From: Macrostomum lignano
Lineage: Eukaryota
Length of the DNA: 41,051 nt
Direction of reading: 5' to 3'
Assembly: GCA_002269645.1 (NCBI GenBank)
Contig: NIVC01004593.1
Span: 1 to 41,051, forward strand
Positions 23,970 through 34,765 of this stretch are shown here, piece by piece. Position 1 is the stretch's first letter; each line of letters begins with the position of its first letter. The translations under genes were made by a program, and so were the position numbers. The notes under the pieces were generated by a model, which was not told the origin of the DNA, did not search any database, and worked only from the letters and a program-made list of their open reading frames with translations.

Positions 23970-24395
23970 AAAATCCCCCGAGATCAACACTAAATAAAAT
24001 CTATCTACACATAATCAAAAATATTCTACATAATTTAAAATAATCTACATAATCTACCCAGCATTCAAAACCCGACACAATACTTACAACTGCTCATCTA
24101 AGGGCGATAAAAAAGTCGACCCCCCTCAAAATCTCACTTAGATCAGTAGTTGTATGTATTTCATTGATGTATTTGATTTTAGATATAAAAGCATTTTATG
24201 TAGATAAGATTTTCGGAAATGTTGATCTCAGGGGGATTTTGGCAATTTTGGCCTGGAAGCCCCGGACAACATCAGTAGTTGTAAGTATTGCTTTTAAGGT
24301 ATTCGATTTTAGATATAAAAGTAGGATCTACATTGTGTAGATAGATTTTAGTAAATGTTGATCTCTGGGGATTAGCTATTTTTTGGCCTGGAAAC
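23970..24395. repeat. Three copies of a ~130-bp unit: one inverted (23970-24095) and two direct (about 24142-24262 and 24273-24392)
   Basis: Shared agtagttgta..gattttagatataaaag..gtagata.gatttt..aatgttgatctc.ggggatt; the left copy is the reverse complement. Confidence 0.7.
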
Positions 24396-24409
24396 ACGCA
24401 AAAGCAAAA

Positions 24410-24520
24410 AATAAACAACCAACAACCAACAACCAACAGCCAACAATTAACACCCAAGACCCAACAATCAACACCCAACAACAAAACCCAACATCCAACA
24501 GTAAAAACCAACACGTAAAC
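24410..24520. repeat. Degenerate (CCAACAA)n simple repeat
   Basis: caaccaacaaccaacaaccaacagccaacaa... Confidence 0.85.
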
Positions 24521-24553
24521 CCTAAATCCTAGAACAATTTCTTTGTGGCTCTT

Positions 24554-24742
24554 TTACGTTTTCAACATGGCATACAAAAAAGTCATGCACAGTTCACCGC
24601 AGATGTCACTGTTAAGCTCTTGAAGGATAAAGTCTGAGCGATAAACTTTCTGCCTTTTCAAGTAATTTCTTGGTTTTTCAGGTGGAGCTGTTCGATAGCT
24701 ATCGAAATAGTAGTAAGTGTTTATGAAGGCAGCTATAATCAT
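24554..24742 (-). pseudogene. Polinton adenain-like (C5) cysteine protease, C-terminal half
   Basis: YYFDSYRTAPP ... LQELNSDICGELCMTFL retains the Asp, oxyanion Gln and catalytic Cys motifs. The upstream His (HW) segment is not present. Confidence 0.8.
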
Positions 24743-25349
24743 CTAGTTATAGCTAGTATATTAAAATATACTTCTATGCATTTCGATGTATGCAGGTCTT
24801 AAGACTGCGGGGCTGGTGAAGGGCAATGAAATAAATATGCCGAAAATCGAGTCCTCGACCCTCTGTCATTATCTCTTTCGGGCTTCGTCATTCTCTCCTA
24901 TTTGGTTAGGAAGGGTGTACATTTGGACAGACCCCTCCCCCACACCCATAGAGTTCGTAACAAACCGTACTTTAGCGTCCTAGTGGGAAAGCAAAGTCTT
25001 GGGCGCAGTGTCTGGTTTTGGGGTGAGGGCGTGCAGAAAAGCAGTCAGAAGCTCGCTCAACCTGAGAGGGTCTGACAAGGGGTATGATGTGGAGGAGAGC
25101 TGATTTGCTGAGTCAGGGGTGAACAAACTAGCAGGGTTAGTTAGGGGGAAGAGTTTACCCAGAGAAGCCACTATGGTCACGACTCACTGCGCTTCCCAGG
25201 AAGGGACACTCACCCGCCCCACCCAACTCCGCTATACGAGTTTAGGGGCGTTTTTTCAAGCCCAGTTTATGGGAAGCAGGGAAGCCCTGGTTGGCCGCTA
25301 ATAAAGCCATTGCTGTAGTTCACTGCTGCTTTCTATAAATATGTAGAAA

Positions 25350-26026
25350 ATGGAAGTGGAGTGGAACCTTTATCTAACAGATAAGCAAGGCCTTTGTGCC
25401 ATGCCATAAAGAATTTTAAAGGATATTCCTACGCAGCTACAAGCAAAGAGAAGAGAGGAATTAGCCACCTTTTTCGGTTTAGAAACTGGCGACCTACCAA
25501 TCGAGTCGTTCGCCATGGCCTCTGACGATATTGCCGAAGCGAACAAAGCTTAAAATGCGAGAAGTGAAGAAAAAAGCTAGCCGCTAGCGGATCTGCAGAA
25601 GTTTAGAGAGGCTGTACACATCCCGCGTAACTCTAGCTAATCAGCTGCAAGACGCTGTTGATCACCGGCTTCCGTCGAGTGAGCAGAACATTATCACTAG
25701 GGTAAAGGCGGCTCTAGAAAAGTACAAGATTCAAATTGGAGGTTTTCATTGGATTCTGGAAGTTGGATGGTTGTTTATAGCGTAGCGCACCGAAGAAATG
25801 AAGAACGTTAAAAGCAATATGTTAAAGAAAGATTTGGAAATTTATGTAAAAAAGTAGATATTAGCCCCTCAACAGGTTATTTGTATATTAGGCTGTACGC
25901 TCGTACAAACTTTCTGTAACTTATCCCGGCATTGGGCAGGTGTCGATGTCAATTAGAGATTTAACCTCAAAGATGAAGTTTCTAGAAGAAATTTTAGCCA
26001 GTGATCCTGTGTGGAAAACTGTGTAA
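25350..26026 (+). pseudogene. Uncharacterised ~225-codon gene with DUF3102-like HTH core (copy B)
   Basis: MEVEWNLYLTDK ... FHWILEVGWLFIA ... SPSTGYLYIRLY/LSVTYPGIGQVSMSIRDLTSKMKFLEEILASDPVWKTV*. Several stops and frameshifts. Confidence 0.55.
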
Positions 26027-26051
26027 CTTTTTTGAAATTTAGCTTTCATTG

Positions 26052-26360
26052 AATTTTCTAACGGAGTTAGACTCTCCTGACCAATCACAGCCAGCCTACT
26101 CTTCCTTAGAGCCAGCAGCTAAATTTTCTAACGGCGTTAGAATTTCCTGACCCATCGCAGCCAGCCTAGTCTTCCTTTGAGCCATCAGCTAGATTTTTTA
26201 ACGGCGTTAAAATTTCCTGACCATACACAGCCAATCTAATCTTCCTTTGAGTCAGCAGCTAGATTTTCTTACGGCATTAGAATTTCCTATGTGAAAATTT
26301 GGTGCCAAAGCTTATCCTGTGGGAAACTTTTCTCATAGAAATTCTAACGCCGTTAGAAAT
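26052..26360. repeat. 70-bp tandem repeat (about 3.4 copies), each with a central palindrome, plus one inverted partial copy
   Basis: Units start at 26052, 26122, 26192 and 26262. Core TTCTAACG-G-CGTTAGAA is perfect in unit 2. Inverted core at about 26339-26360. Confidence 0.92.
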
Positions 26361-26644
26361 CAGAACCCACCGATGAGTTGCGCGCAGCACTGAGAAAATT
26401 ACTGCCCTCTCTTGTTCCTCTCGTTCCAATCGGTTGCTTTAGTGGCCACTGGGTATGGCAGTAAGTTGAATCTTCTCTGTGAAATTCGCTCTAATGCAAC
26501 CTAGACTAATCAGGCCTAGAAAACTAACCTCGCGCACATGTCAAGTGTTGAAATTTTGCTTCTGAGGACGTCCTGATGACGCATGTCAAGTGTTGAAGCC
26601 CGGAAAAAAGTGCCAATTTAAACCTATGCCGTTGCTAACCACCT

Positions 26645-26787
26645 AAAACGGCAGGGGGCGGAAAACAACTTATCAGCATTCAAAATTCTGATATGCTATT
26701 ACTAAAACAGCAATGCAGACCCTACGTGCCTTCTGTGTTAATTAAAACGAAGATAGTACCAACTATGCAAAAAGCAGAAAAGATGGG
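26645..26787 (+). repeat. Dispersed direct repeat, copy 1 (pairs with 28520-28645)
   Basis: Shared tatcagc.ttcaaaat...gatatgctat...gtgccttct.tgtgttaattaaa.cgaagatagtac..tatgcaaaaagca. Confidence 0.8.
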
Positions 26788-27649
26788 TGGGCTTATAAAT
26801 ACATTGCAATTGAAAGAGCCGAGGCTCTCCACTCCTGAATGTAGTGAAGTTTGAGCTCAAATTAGGACTCAGTTCTTTGAGTCTGTCGTGGCAGAGGGGT
26901 AGCAGGCGTGTAATGTGGTTGGCATAAAAGGCCATCAGAGACTACCGATTAGCGATCTGTTACAGGTAGTGCCCTCTGACCGTGTAAGTTCGTTAGACAT
27001 CATTTGAATGCCTGTCACGGCAGTAGAATTGACGAGGAACGAGGCAGAGTCAAACAGAGCGAGTGCGGCATGGAAGCCTATGTGCTGGGGTACAACACAG
27101 CGATCTTCAAGCGAGATGCGATCTGGTGTCAACGTAGCATGTTTGAAGGTAATAAGAAGCGACAATGACATCAACAGTCACTACTGTGCAGCCGCCGCTC
27201 TACAGAAGCGCTCGACAGCATCAGCCGAGGAGATCAAATCAAACAAACCAGCGACGGTGTCAACTGTGTTCGATACGCCTTATCAGCTTGGATGAGGGTG
27301 GAGGGAGGGTGGGTTGTAGAGCTGGAACCTAGTCGATCAATAGAATTGAGCTTTATTCAATCCCAATCCCTAGTTTCAAGTCTCAATAAAAAAATAAACT
27401 AAATGCTGACCGCAATAACGGCAACTGCCTCGCTGAAAAAGGATTTTCATTATTTGCTGTCCAATTCTTACGTCGACATTCCCGAGCAACTGAATGGTGC
27501 AGTAGCAAAGAATACAGGAAAAAGCAAAGACCTTTACCCTTCGAGACGGCAGTCTGCAGAAAAAAGTCACGAACAAGGAAAACTCACAGAAGCAACGCAG
27601 TGAGAATGAGCGACCCGTCATTTTTTCATAGCCTAAGACTCTGGAAAGG

Positions 27650-27905
27650 GTGCTGGCACCAGCTCCTACCACCCTCAAAGCAATGGTCAAAACGGCCGAG
27701 AGGCTGAACCAGACATGCCTCCTCATGCTCCGCAAATCTTGTGACGAAACTGCAACTGACTGGGACTCGCATATAGGACAGATTCAGCTCTATCTTCCTC
27801 CATCTTCACCATCTACACCATCACTGCAGCGCTTGGCCGAAACGTGTACAAGTTGGAGGACGTTTCCCGTTGCATCAATGGGGTTAATCTAAAATTGGCC
27901 ACTTA
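27650..27905 (+). pseudogene. Ty3/Gypsy integrase core/C-terminal remnant
   Basis: AERLNQTCLLMLRKSCDETATDWDSHIGQIQ (ER.N.TL..mLrk...WD motif) and NVYKLED..INGVNLK. Confidence 0.65.
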
Positions 27906-28059
27906 AACCGCAAGAACTGTCAAATTTATGCTGCATATTCATTCACTTACAATTAACTAGGATTTACTAACCTCTGAAAAAATCTTTGACTTTGGTTTAG
28001 AAAATTACAGAAATGTTTGAACTTTTTTGTACTTATGCATATTTTAAATACGGCTCTTT

Positions 28060-28645
28060 ATGGGGGAGAGTTCATGCACGAGATTGCAACGCAAAAGATA
28101 AAAAAACACTAGGGGACACCACACGACCAGGGGAGACTACACGATCGCCACAAAGTGTCTCCCGCGGAGATTACAATCTACCTCTACTCTCAACCCGGAG
28201 AACTCAAGTATGTTTGAAGTAGAGTAATGTTGAAAGCATTTTACCGGCTATAAAATTCAAAAAGCTTGCACTTCAAGAAAACCTGCAGATCAAACCCGTG
28301 CTTTCTTCAGCGGAGAACGACGTGGTTGCAGCCACCACCAGATAAGTCCACAAGAACCCACAACCTTCGCACAGGGCGAAGGCCCGCATAATAATCAGTC
28401 ATAGAGCTGCGCAACCAAGTTGTGAGGCACGCCAAGACATCAGAACGACAGATCAAGACTAAGAGTTTGCACAAGTGGGGTATACAAGAAGAACGTGCTG
28501 ACGAGGACGTCAGCCTGCGAAACGGGGAGGGATATCAGCGTTCAAAATGCAGATATGCTATGCTTAAAATCGCCACGCAGAACCTGTGTGCCTTCTCTGT
28601 GTTAATTAAACCGAAGATAGTACTATGCAAAAAGCAAAAAGGTGG
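28060..28645 (+). mobile_element. Penelope-like element 3' remnant: GIY-YIG-like tail and pLTR-like repeat with hammerhead-like core
   Basis: MGESSCTRLQR and KKLALQENLQIKPVLS resemble GIY-YIG motifs. CTGACGA..GAAAC at 28498-28523. 28520-28645 is repeated at 26645-26787. Confidence 0.4.
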
Positions 28646-29076
28646 TTGAGCAGGAACGGCTACGGCGGGCAGCAGCCGCCAGACTCCGGCGGCAAGGACG
28701 ACGGCCTGAGCTTCAGCGGCGGCTCGCGGTCTGCCTCCTCCGCCGACGGAGTCAGCGGTGGCAAGCCTGATGATCCTGTTAATTTTTAACTAGTAAACTT
28801 GTCACTGTGCATCGCATTTTGCTCAATTTTGCTTAATACCTAAGGCTTAAGGGTTGTCTCTTATTTTGGTGCTGAAATTTAAAAAAAAAATTTGTGAAAA
28901 ATTTTAAAGTCTAAAAATATATTGCAGGCATATAAATATATGCAATTATATAATGTAGGTTGGCGAGTTCAAAGTGTAGTCTTGCCACAGCTCAGCTGCG
29001 AGAAAAAACCGACACAGTGGCGTCTTCTCTTCCGCCATTATCGGCATCGACATCGGGCCGTACCGGCATCGGGGGT

Positions 29077-29344
29077 ACTATTGTACTCCGCCTAAACTAT
29101 CATAGTACAAGCCAGTACAGGCACTACAGTCTAGGGATCAAGTCGCCTGTACTTCACAAATGCACAGTTGCTCGAATGACCAAATCGCATGACCACACTC
29201 ACCTAGGCTCCTGAGCGTGATTAGCGACTATTGTACTCCGCCTGAACTATCATAGTACAAGCCAGTACAGGCACTGTGCGAGGCTGACACGCGGGTGCGA
29301 CTTCCGCAGTCTAGGGATCAAGTCACCTGTACTTCACAAATGCA
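29077..29344. repeat. Direct duplication (88 bp and 118 bp copies, 150 bp apart)
   Basis: actattgtactccgcct..gcact / cagtctagggatcaagtc..cacaaatgca. Copy 2 is a net 30 bp longer in the middle. Confidence 0.9.
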
Positions 29345-29814
29345 TTTCAAAAGACATTTCAAAATTGAATGAGTTCAAATTTCGATGGCTTTACAAAAAT
29401 AGCGCTATGGGGTCTCTTCTGTATTGGATTAGACGCTACTATTCCTTTAAGGATTAGTAATGTCTAATCCAATCCTGTCATACTTAGTTTAGATTTAGTT
29501 AGCAATCACATAATAATAGTGAATGTAATATATAGCTTTAATTTGCCTACTGAAATTGATTGCTGCTGTTGCTAAGATATGTTACTATTAATTGTATTTA
29601 AAAGTATAACTTATCTATGTTACTTAGCTATTTATTGAATCCCAGTGTCTGTCTATTTTGTTGTTGTTCTGTCTACTAACTTGTAAATGGAAGATCCACG
29701 TAGAAGCTATATTTATTTAAGGTGAGTACCTTGTTCAAGTCTGTTTTCATATACATTGTTTGTTGTAATATGGTAGGGGTAGGGTGGGGTGGAGTGGGAG
29801 TGGTGGTAGTTTGG

Positions 29815-30240
29815 GGGAATTTATCAACACAATCTTGAATAGGTCTCTATGTCTCTATTAAAGTTTATGTTGATATAATTAAACAGAGATTCATTGTCAA
29901 ATAAACCTCCAACTTGTTTCAACCCCCCCCCCTATTAGGATTGGAATCTATCAACACAATCTTGAATAGGTCTCCATGTCTCTATTCAAGTTCATGTTGA
30001 TAAAATCAATCCCCATGAAGATCCCCACACTAAAACCCCACCCTAAAACCCCCCATTCCCCATGCCCTGGTGGTTGGTTTTAAGCTACATATAATTGGGT
30101 TAAAGCTACCTAAAAATGGAGCTCAAATTTGATATCAGCACCATCAAAAACCCCTATAGAGACAGAATTATGATCCTATCAAAATTGCAACATTTTATCA
30201 ACATAAACTTGAAGAAGTCCTAATTATTGCTTATAAGTTA
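29815..30240. mobile_element. Non-autonomous DNA-transposon-like sequence with internal ~128-bp duplication
   Basis: tatcaacacaatcttgaataggtctc.atgtctctatt at about 29822 and 29950; MITE-like tttgatatcagcaccatcaaaaacccctatag. Confidence 0.4.
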
Positions 30241-30532
30241 ATCTATCCTTATTTCTATTCCTTTTTTGCATCCCTCATCCAATTTAGTCATTTCTGCCTT
30301 TGTAATTCTTCATTTTTCAAATTGATGCATTAATGCACATGTAACCTATACCCTAGTAAGTGATACATTAAATTAATCCTCTCTTATGTTTCCTTAAATC
30401 CCCTTAAAATCATTTGTTTGTCCCTTTAGTAGTTTCTGATTTTTCAAGGCCAAAGCTTGTCAAATTTGCTTAATTTCCCTATCTAATACACTATAAAGCT
30501 TTATGCACTTATGCTAATAATAGTAGTGTTAA

Positions 30533-30960
30533 TTAGGTCGAAGTGCAGTCCGGAAAAATTGCCAACGAGGAGCGAAGCGAGCGAAGCGAGCGTAGCTCCT
30601 CGTTGGCAATTTTTTCGGACAAACGAGACCGAGATAAGATGTCCCGGAGACTCCCCCAACGTAAAATCAACGTTTTAGAAAATAAAATTGATGCAGAGTT
30701 AAAACCACTTGAGATGAAACCATGTGTGACCCCTCTATGGACGTAAAACATTTAGGGCTACAAGATGTGTGACGTGAAAGTTCCATAGCAACGCGTCTTG
30801 GTTGCCATGGCAACAAAAAAGTGACTTTTTTTAGACCCGTCCAAATCTTGAATCTCAAAAAATAAGGATTCACAATATGGAGTCAAAAATTGATTGAACC
30901 CAACTTTTGGCGAATTTTCAGACCTTCAAGACACTGATTGGTTATTTTCCGCTAAATGCT
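30533..30960. mobile_element. Non-autonomous element with 26-bp hairpin (Crypton-like motif content)
   Basis: 26-bp IR (30548-30573 and 30595-30620, one mismatch) around GAAGCGAGCGAAGCGAG; GTTGCCATGGCAAC palindrome at 30801-30814. Confidence 0.45.
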
Positions 30961-30969
30961 TACCTTGAT

Positions 30970-32950
30970 AGGTAATTCTGTAAAAGTGTGTTTTTTAAGT
31001 GTCAAAAAATGCGCATTTTTATCAACTTTCAACTGACGCAGCTCAAAGGTCGCGCGTCAGCGCGACCTTTGAGCTGCGTCATTCTAACAATGGCACCTGG
31101 GACTCTTACATGACGCACGACTTTAACCAAGATACTCACTTTAACTGTACATTCGCACCTGTTAATTACATTCGAATATTCGACGGGTAGGTATTCGAAC
31201 CGAAATAAAGGAAATTCAACCTTGTTGCGAGACTCTAAAAAGTACATGAATGCGGTCATTTAGGTAAGATCTACATGTTTATAATACATTTTGAGCCGTT
31301 TCGTTGCACTGACTCTGAGCCATACACTGCTAAAGTCGATAAACGTGATTTAGGCTATTTTTATGTATTTTTCATGATACAAATGTACAAAAAATAAGAA
31401 ACGACGACATGCTAGGAAAATCAGACTTTTTAGGCAAGGTGCACAACTAAATTGCGCACAATATGTATATTTTGAAATTTCGTCTTAGTTTATTGAAGTC
31501 GCTGCCGGTACAGAAATGTACTTTAACGACGGTACGGGGGGCTTGCATATCGAACATACTTTTTAGCCTGTAACTTTTGAGCGGATTACCGGAGCGCGAC
31601 GCGCTTGGTGTCATTGAACTACATTTTAGATGTACTTTAATTTGAATGTATGTTCGCTGTCATTGCACGATGCGTTGTACACCTCAGGTCAGGTCACGTG
31701 ACTTGCTGGAAATGAAATAATGACTTTGTACCTATACTAAGGATAGGTGAAGCGTAAGAATGAACCAAAATTTGTACTTATTAGAAACACCTAGATGACT
31801 ACTGTCAGAAAAAATGATATTCACGTCTGTCAGTTGCAAAATTTTGTTATAATTGACTTTTAAAATCGAAAAACGTGATTTTGTGCAAAAACAACCTATA
31901 TGAGCACACATAGGGTGAAAAATTTATTGATTTTCGCTATGAGGTTCTTAGCTTCCAAGAGCACTATTGTGCCCAGTAAACACGTACAGATGACTGCTAT
32001 CTTCGTTAGTGTGCGAAAATTCGTATTTTTACGCTAATAACATTTACCGAATTACGAGGTTCCGGTGTTATGCGTTTTTTTGCTATATTTCACGCTGCCA
32101 TTTATTAACGATGCTACGCCAGGCCTTCAGTGTGGTGTCAATAGTTAGCATTTAAAAAGTGCTTTAATTTGAGTGTATGTTCGCTGGCATTGCACGATGC
32201 GTTGTACACCTCAGGCCAGGTCACGTGACTTGCTGGAAATGAAATAATGACTTTGTACCTATACTAAGGATAGGTGAAGCATAAGAATGACCCATATTAG
32301 TACTTATTAGAAACATCTAGATGAATACTCTCAGAAAAAGTGACATTCACGTCTGTCAGTTGCAAAAAAAATTTTTAATTGACTCTCAAAATCGAAAAAC
32401 GTGATTTTGTGCAAAAACAACCCATTTGAGCACTACATAGGGCGGAAAATATATTAATTTTCGCTATGAGGTTCTTAGCTTCCAAGAGCACTATTGTGCC
32501 CAGTAAACACGTACAGATGACTGCCATCTTCGTTAGTGTGCGAAAATTCGTATTTTGACGCTATTAACATTTTACCGAATTACGAGGTTCCGGTACTATG
32601 CGTTTTTTTGCTATATTTCACGCTGCCATTTATTAACTATCCTACGCCAGGCCTTCAGTGTAGTGTCAATAAATAGCATTTAGCAAGTGCTTTAAGATGA
32701 CATCATGCGCATTGCGTTGCGTAAAAGTGTGGGTCCACAGTTTCGTAACAAGTTAAAATGACCTGATTTCGCAAAAATCTTTAAAACAAAAAATACCAAA
32801 TAGGTAACTAAAAAGCCTTTTGAAACTGAATAAAAAATGCACATAAAAGTGCTATTTTGTAACGTAAAAAGTCTTGCGTCCTGCAAAAATCTTCTATGGT
32901 GACTTTTTGGAGCCGTGAAGTGTAAAAACGTGCGCATTTTTAAAGCTGTT
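30970..32950. mobile_element. Non-coding repeat element with perfect 22-bp hairpin and ~527-bp tandem dimer
   Basis: Hairpin 31034-31081. Repeat-unit anchors at 31635, 32162 and 32690. The 5' end is shared with 34503-34579. Confidence 0.6.
31635..32694. repeat. Tandem duplication, ~527-bp unit x2
   Basis: The two copies align along their length with scattered substitutions and small indels. Confidence 0.95.
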
Positions 32951-34188
32951 GAACTTACTTTTTGAGGTATATTTTGAAAATAGGCATTTTATAAATTGTA
33001 TAACAAAATTTAATTGAAGAAAGCAATAAGGTAAAATAGAATTCGAAATTATTTAATTTTGAAATAATTAAACTGTACATTTCAGTCGTTCTGTTCCTTA
33101 TAATTTCTACAAAAATTTAAATTTAAATCGGTTATGTTAACAGTAGTTTATTGCTGTAGGACAAATTTGACCCCAAATTTTCAAAGCAACTTATCTAAGC
33201 AAACGCTATCTAAATCTGAAATATTTTCAAGCTTCAATCTGTAGCTATAATATTCGGTTTTGTTACGCTATTTATTCGTATCCTACTACATTATATATAA
33301 TTATTGTACAATATATTATATTCTACAAGTACAAGTTTTAATTGTAATATATTCAATTGTTATCAGTTTTACACTGTAAGTGTAAGCTTCAAATTTTATT
33401 TGAAATATAACTGAAGTATAGTACTTTAATATTATTTTATAGCTAATTAATTGTATTCTGCCAAATATTTACGTTTTTTTTCTCTGCTTTGCTTTTTGCT
33501 CCATATTTTTATAAATTATAGTCATATTTACATATATCTTTTAAAAGTACTCATCCTTTCACATTTTATTTTGTAGTTATCAGTCAAATTTAACTTGAAT
33601 TTTCCTTTTGTTTGCATAATTTTGACTTAAGACTTTAGTTTTGAAGTAAGTATTCTTTTTATTTCTTCATATGTTTAGCATAGTACAAATATCTGTAGTA
33701 CTCTGCTTAATGGTAGAAGTTTGTGGACACTTTTTATAAATTCTGCTCAATTTATTATAAATTTAGCATTTTTGCTAGACAATATATACATGCCAATGCT
33801 CCTTATATCAAGCAATGCTTGAAAGTGCTAGACACTTAGTTTATGGTGAATTTTTACCAAGGGATGTTTTTTTGCTGATATAGAATTCCTAGAAGCATGT
33901 ACAAAAACATGGAATATGCCTGAAAAAACTCTAGAAAATATGCACTAAATCCAAGAAAAAATGTTGAAAGCACAAAAACTACATGGCACACACCGCCTAT
34001 ATGCCAGTATATTATGCTGCAGCATATTAATCCACAATCCAGTAGCAGTGCTAGTGTTCGTAGTTTAACTAAATTTGCCACCAGAAAAGAGTTGAGTTAA
34101 CTTGGTAAAGAGTAGCATGTTTTCTGTGTTTAGCTAATTAGTTTCTTTATCATTCTGAAATATTTACTAACATGTTTATTTAGACAGG

Positions 34189-34267
34189 ATGGGCAACGAC
34201 AAAAACAGCATCAAGGACAACACTAGCATTAACAAGGATACAAGTGCTTCTTCTGTTGCTGCCAATA
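34189..34267 (+). CDS. Predicted first coding exon of the Helentron RepHel gene (MGNDKNSIKDNTSINKDTSASSVAAN)
   Basis: Acceptor tttagacag just upstream, ATG at 34189, donor gtaagt at 34268. Phase 1 matches the next exon. Confidence 0.6.
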
Positions 34268-34579
34268 GTAAGTTTTGTACATTTGTTGCAACTTGCAGGT
34301 GATAGGTGCTACTTTCAGGAATAGTTTCAAAGCAATCCTACCTTTATTATTAATATTCACACCTTAGGAAACCAGCTTTTACTAGCATTCTTGGCTGCCC
34401 ATTTGGGCAACAGACAAACTAAAAAGTTCCTGCACTACACAATTTATTTACCAAACAATAAATCTCAATTGTTCACACTATAACTCACACTGAATAGTTC
34501 ACAGGTAATTCTGTAAAAAAGTGTTTTTCAGATGTCTAAAAATGTGAATTTTTCAAACTCTTAACTGACGCAGCTCAAA

Positions 34580-34765
34580 TCAATAGTTCACACTCAATAG
34601 TTTAGATTGAATAGTTTCGCCTGAATAGTTTTGACAGACAGAATAATTTCAACTGAATAGTTACAACTGAATAGTTTAGACTTAATAATCTTGACTGAGT
34701 AGTTTTGACTGAATAGTGTGAACTCAATAGTTTCGACTGAGTAGTTTCGACTGAATAGTTTCGAC
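34580..34765. repeat. ~10-15 bp minisatellite (ACTGAATAGT-type) in predicted intron
   Basis: Many actgaatagtt / actgagtagtt / actcaatagtt units. Confidence 0.85.

Noticed and set aside
21654-26360. CRISPR-like arrays (57-bp and 70-bp periodic repeats)
   Set aside because: Whole units repeat with no unique spacers, there are no cas genes, and the context is eukaryotic.
28650-28780. GC-rich patch as a coding exon
   Set aside because: It is open in several frames because of its composition, with no splice sites or homology that I can support.
30533-30751. Overlapping ORFs on both strands (RSERSERS / LRSLRSLRS)
   Set aside because: By-products of the hairpin and its repeated loop.
33000-34180. 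Helentron 5' terminus (subTIR)
   Set aside because: I looked but could not identify a convincing terminal motif without the 3' end.
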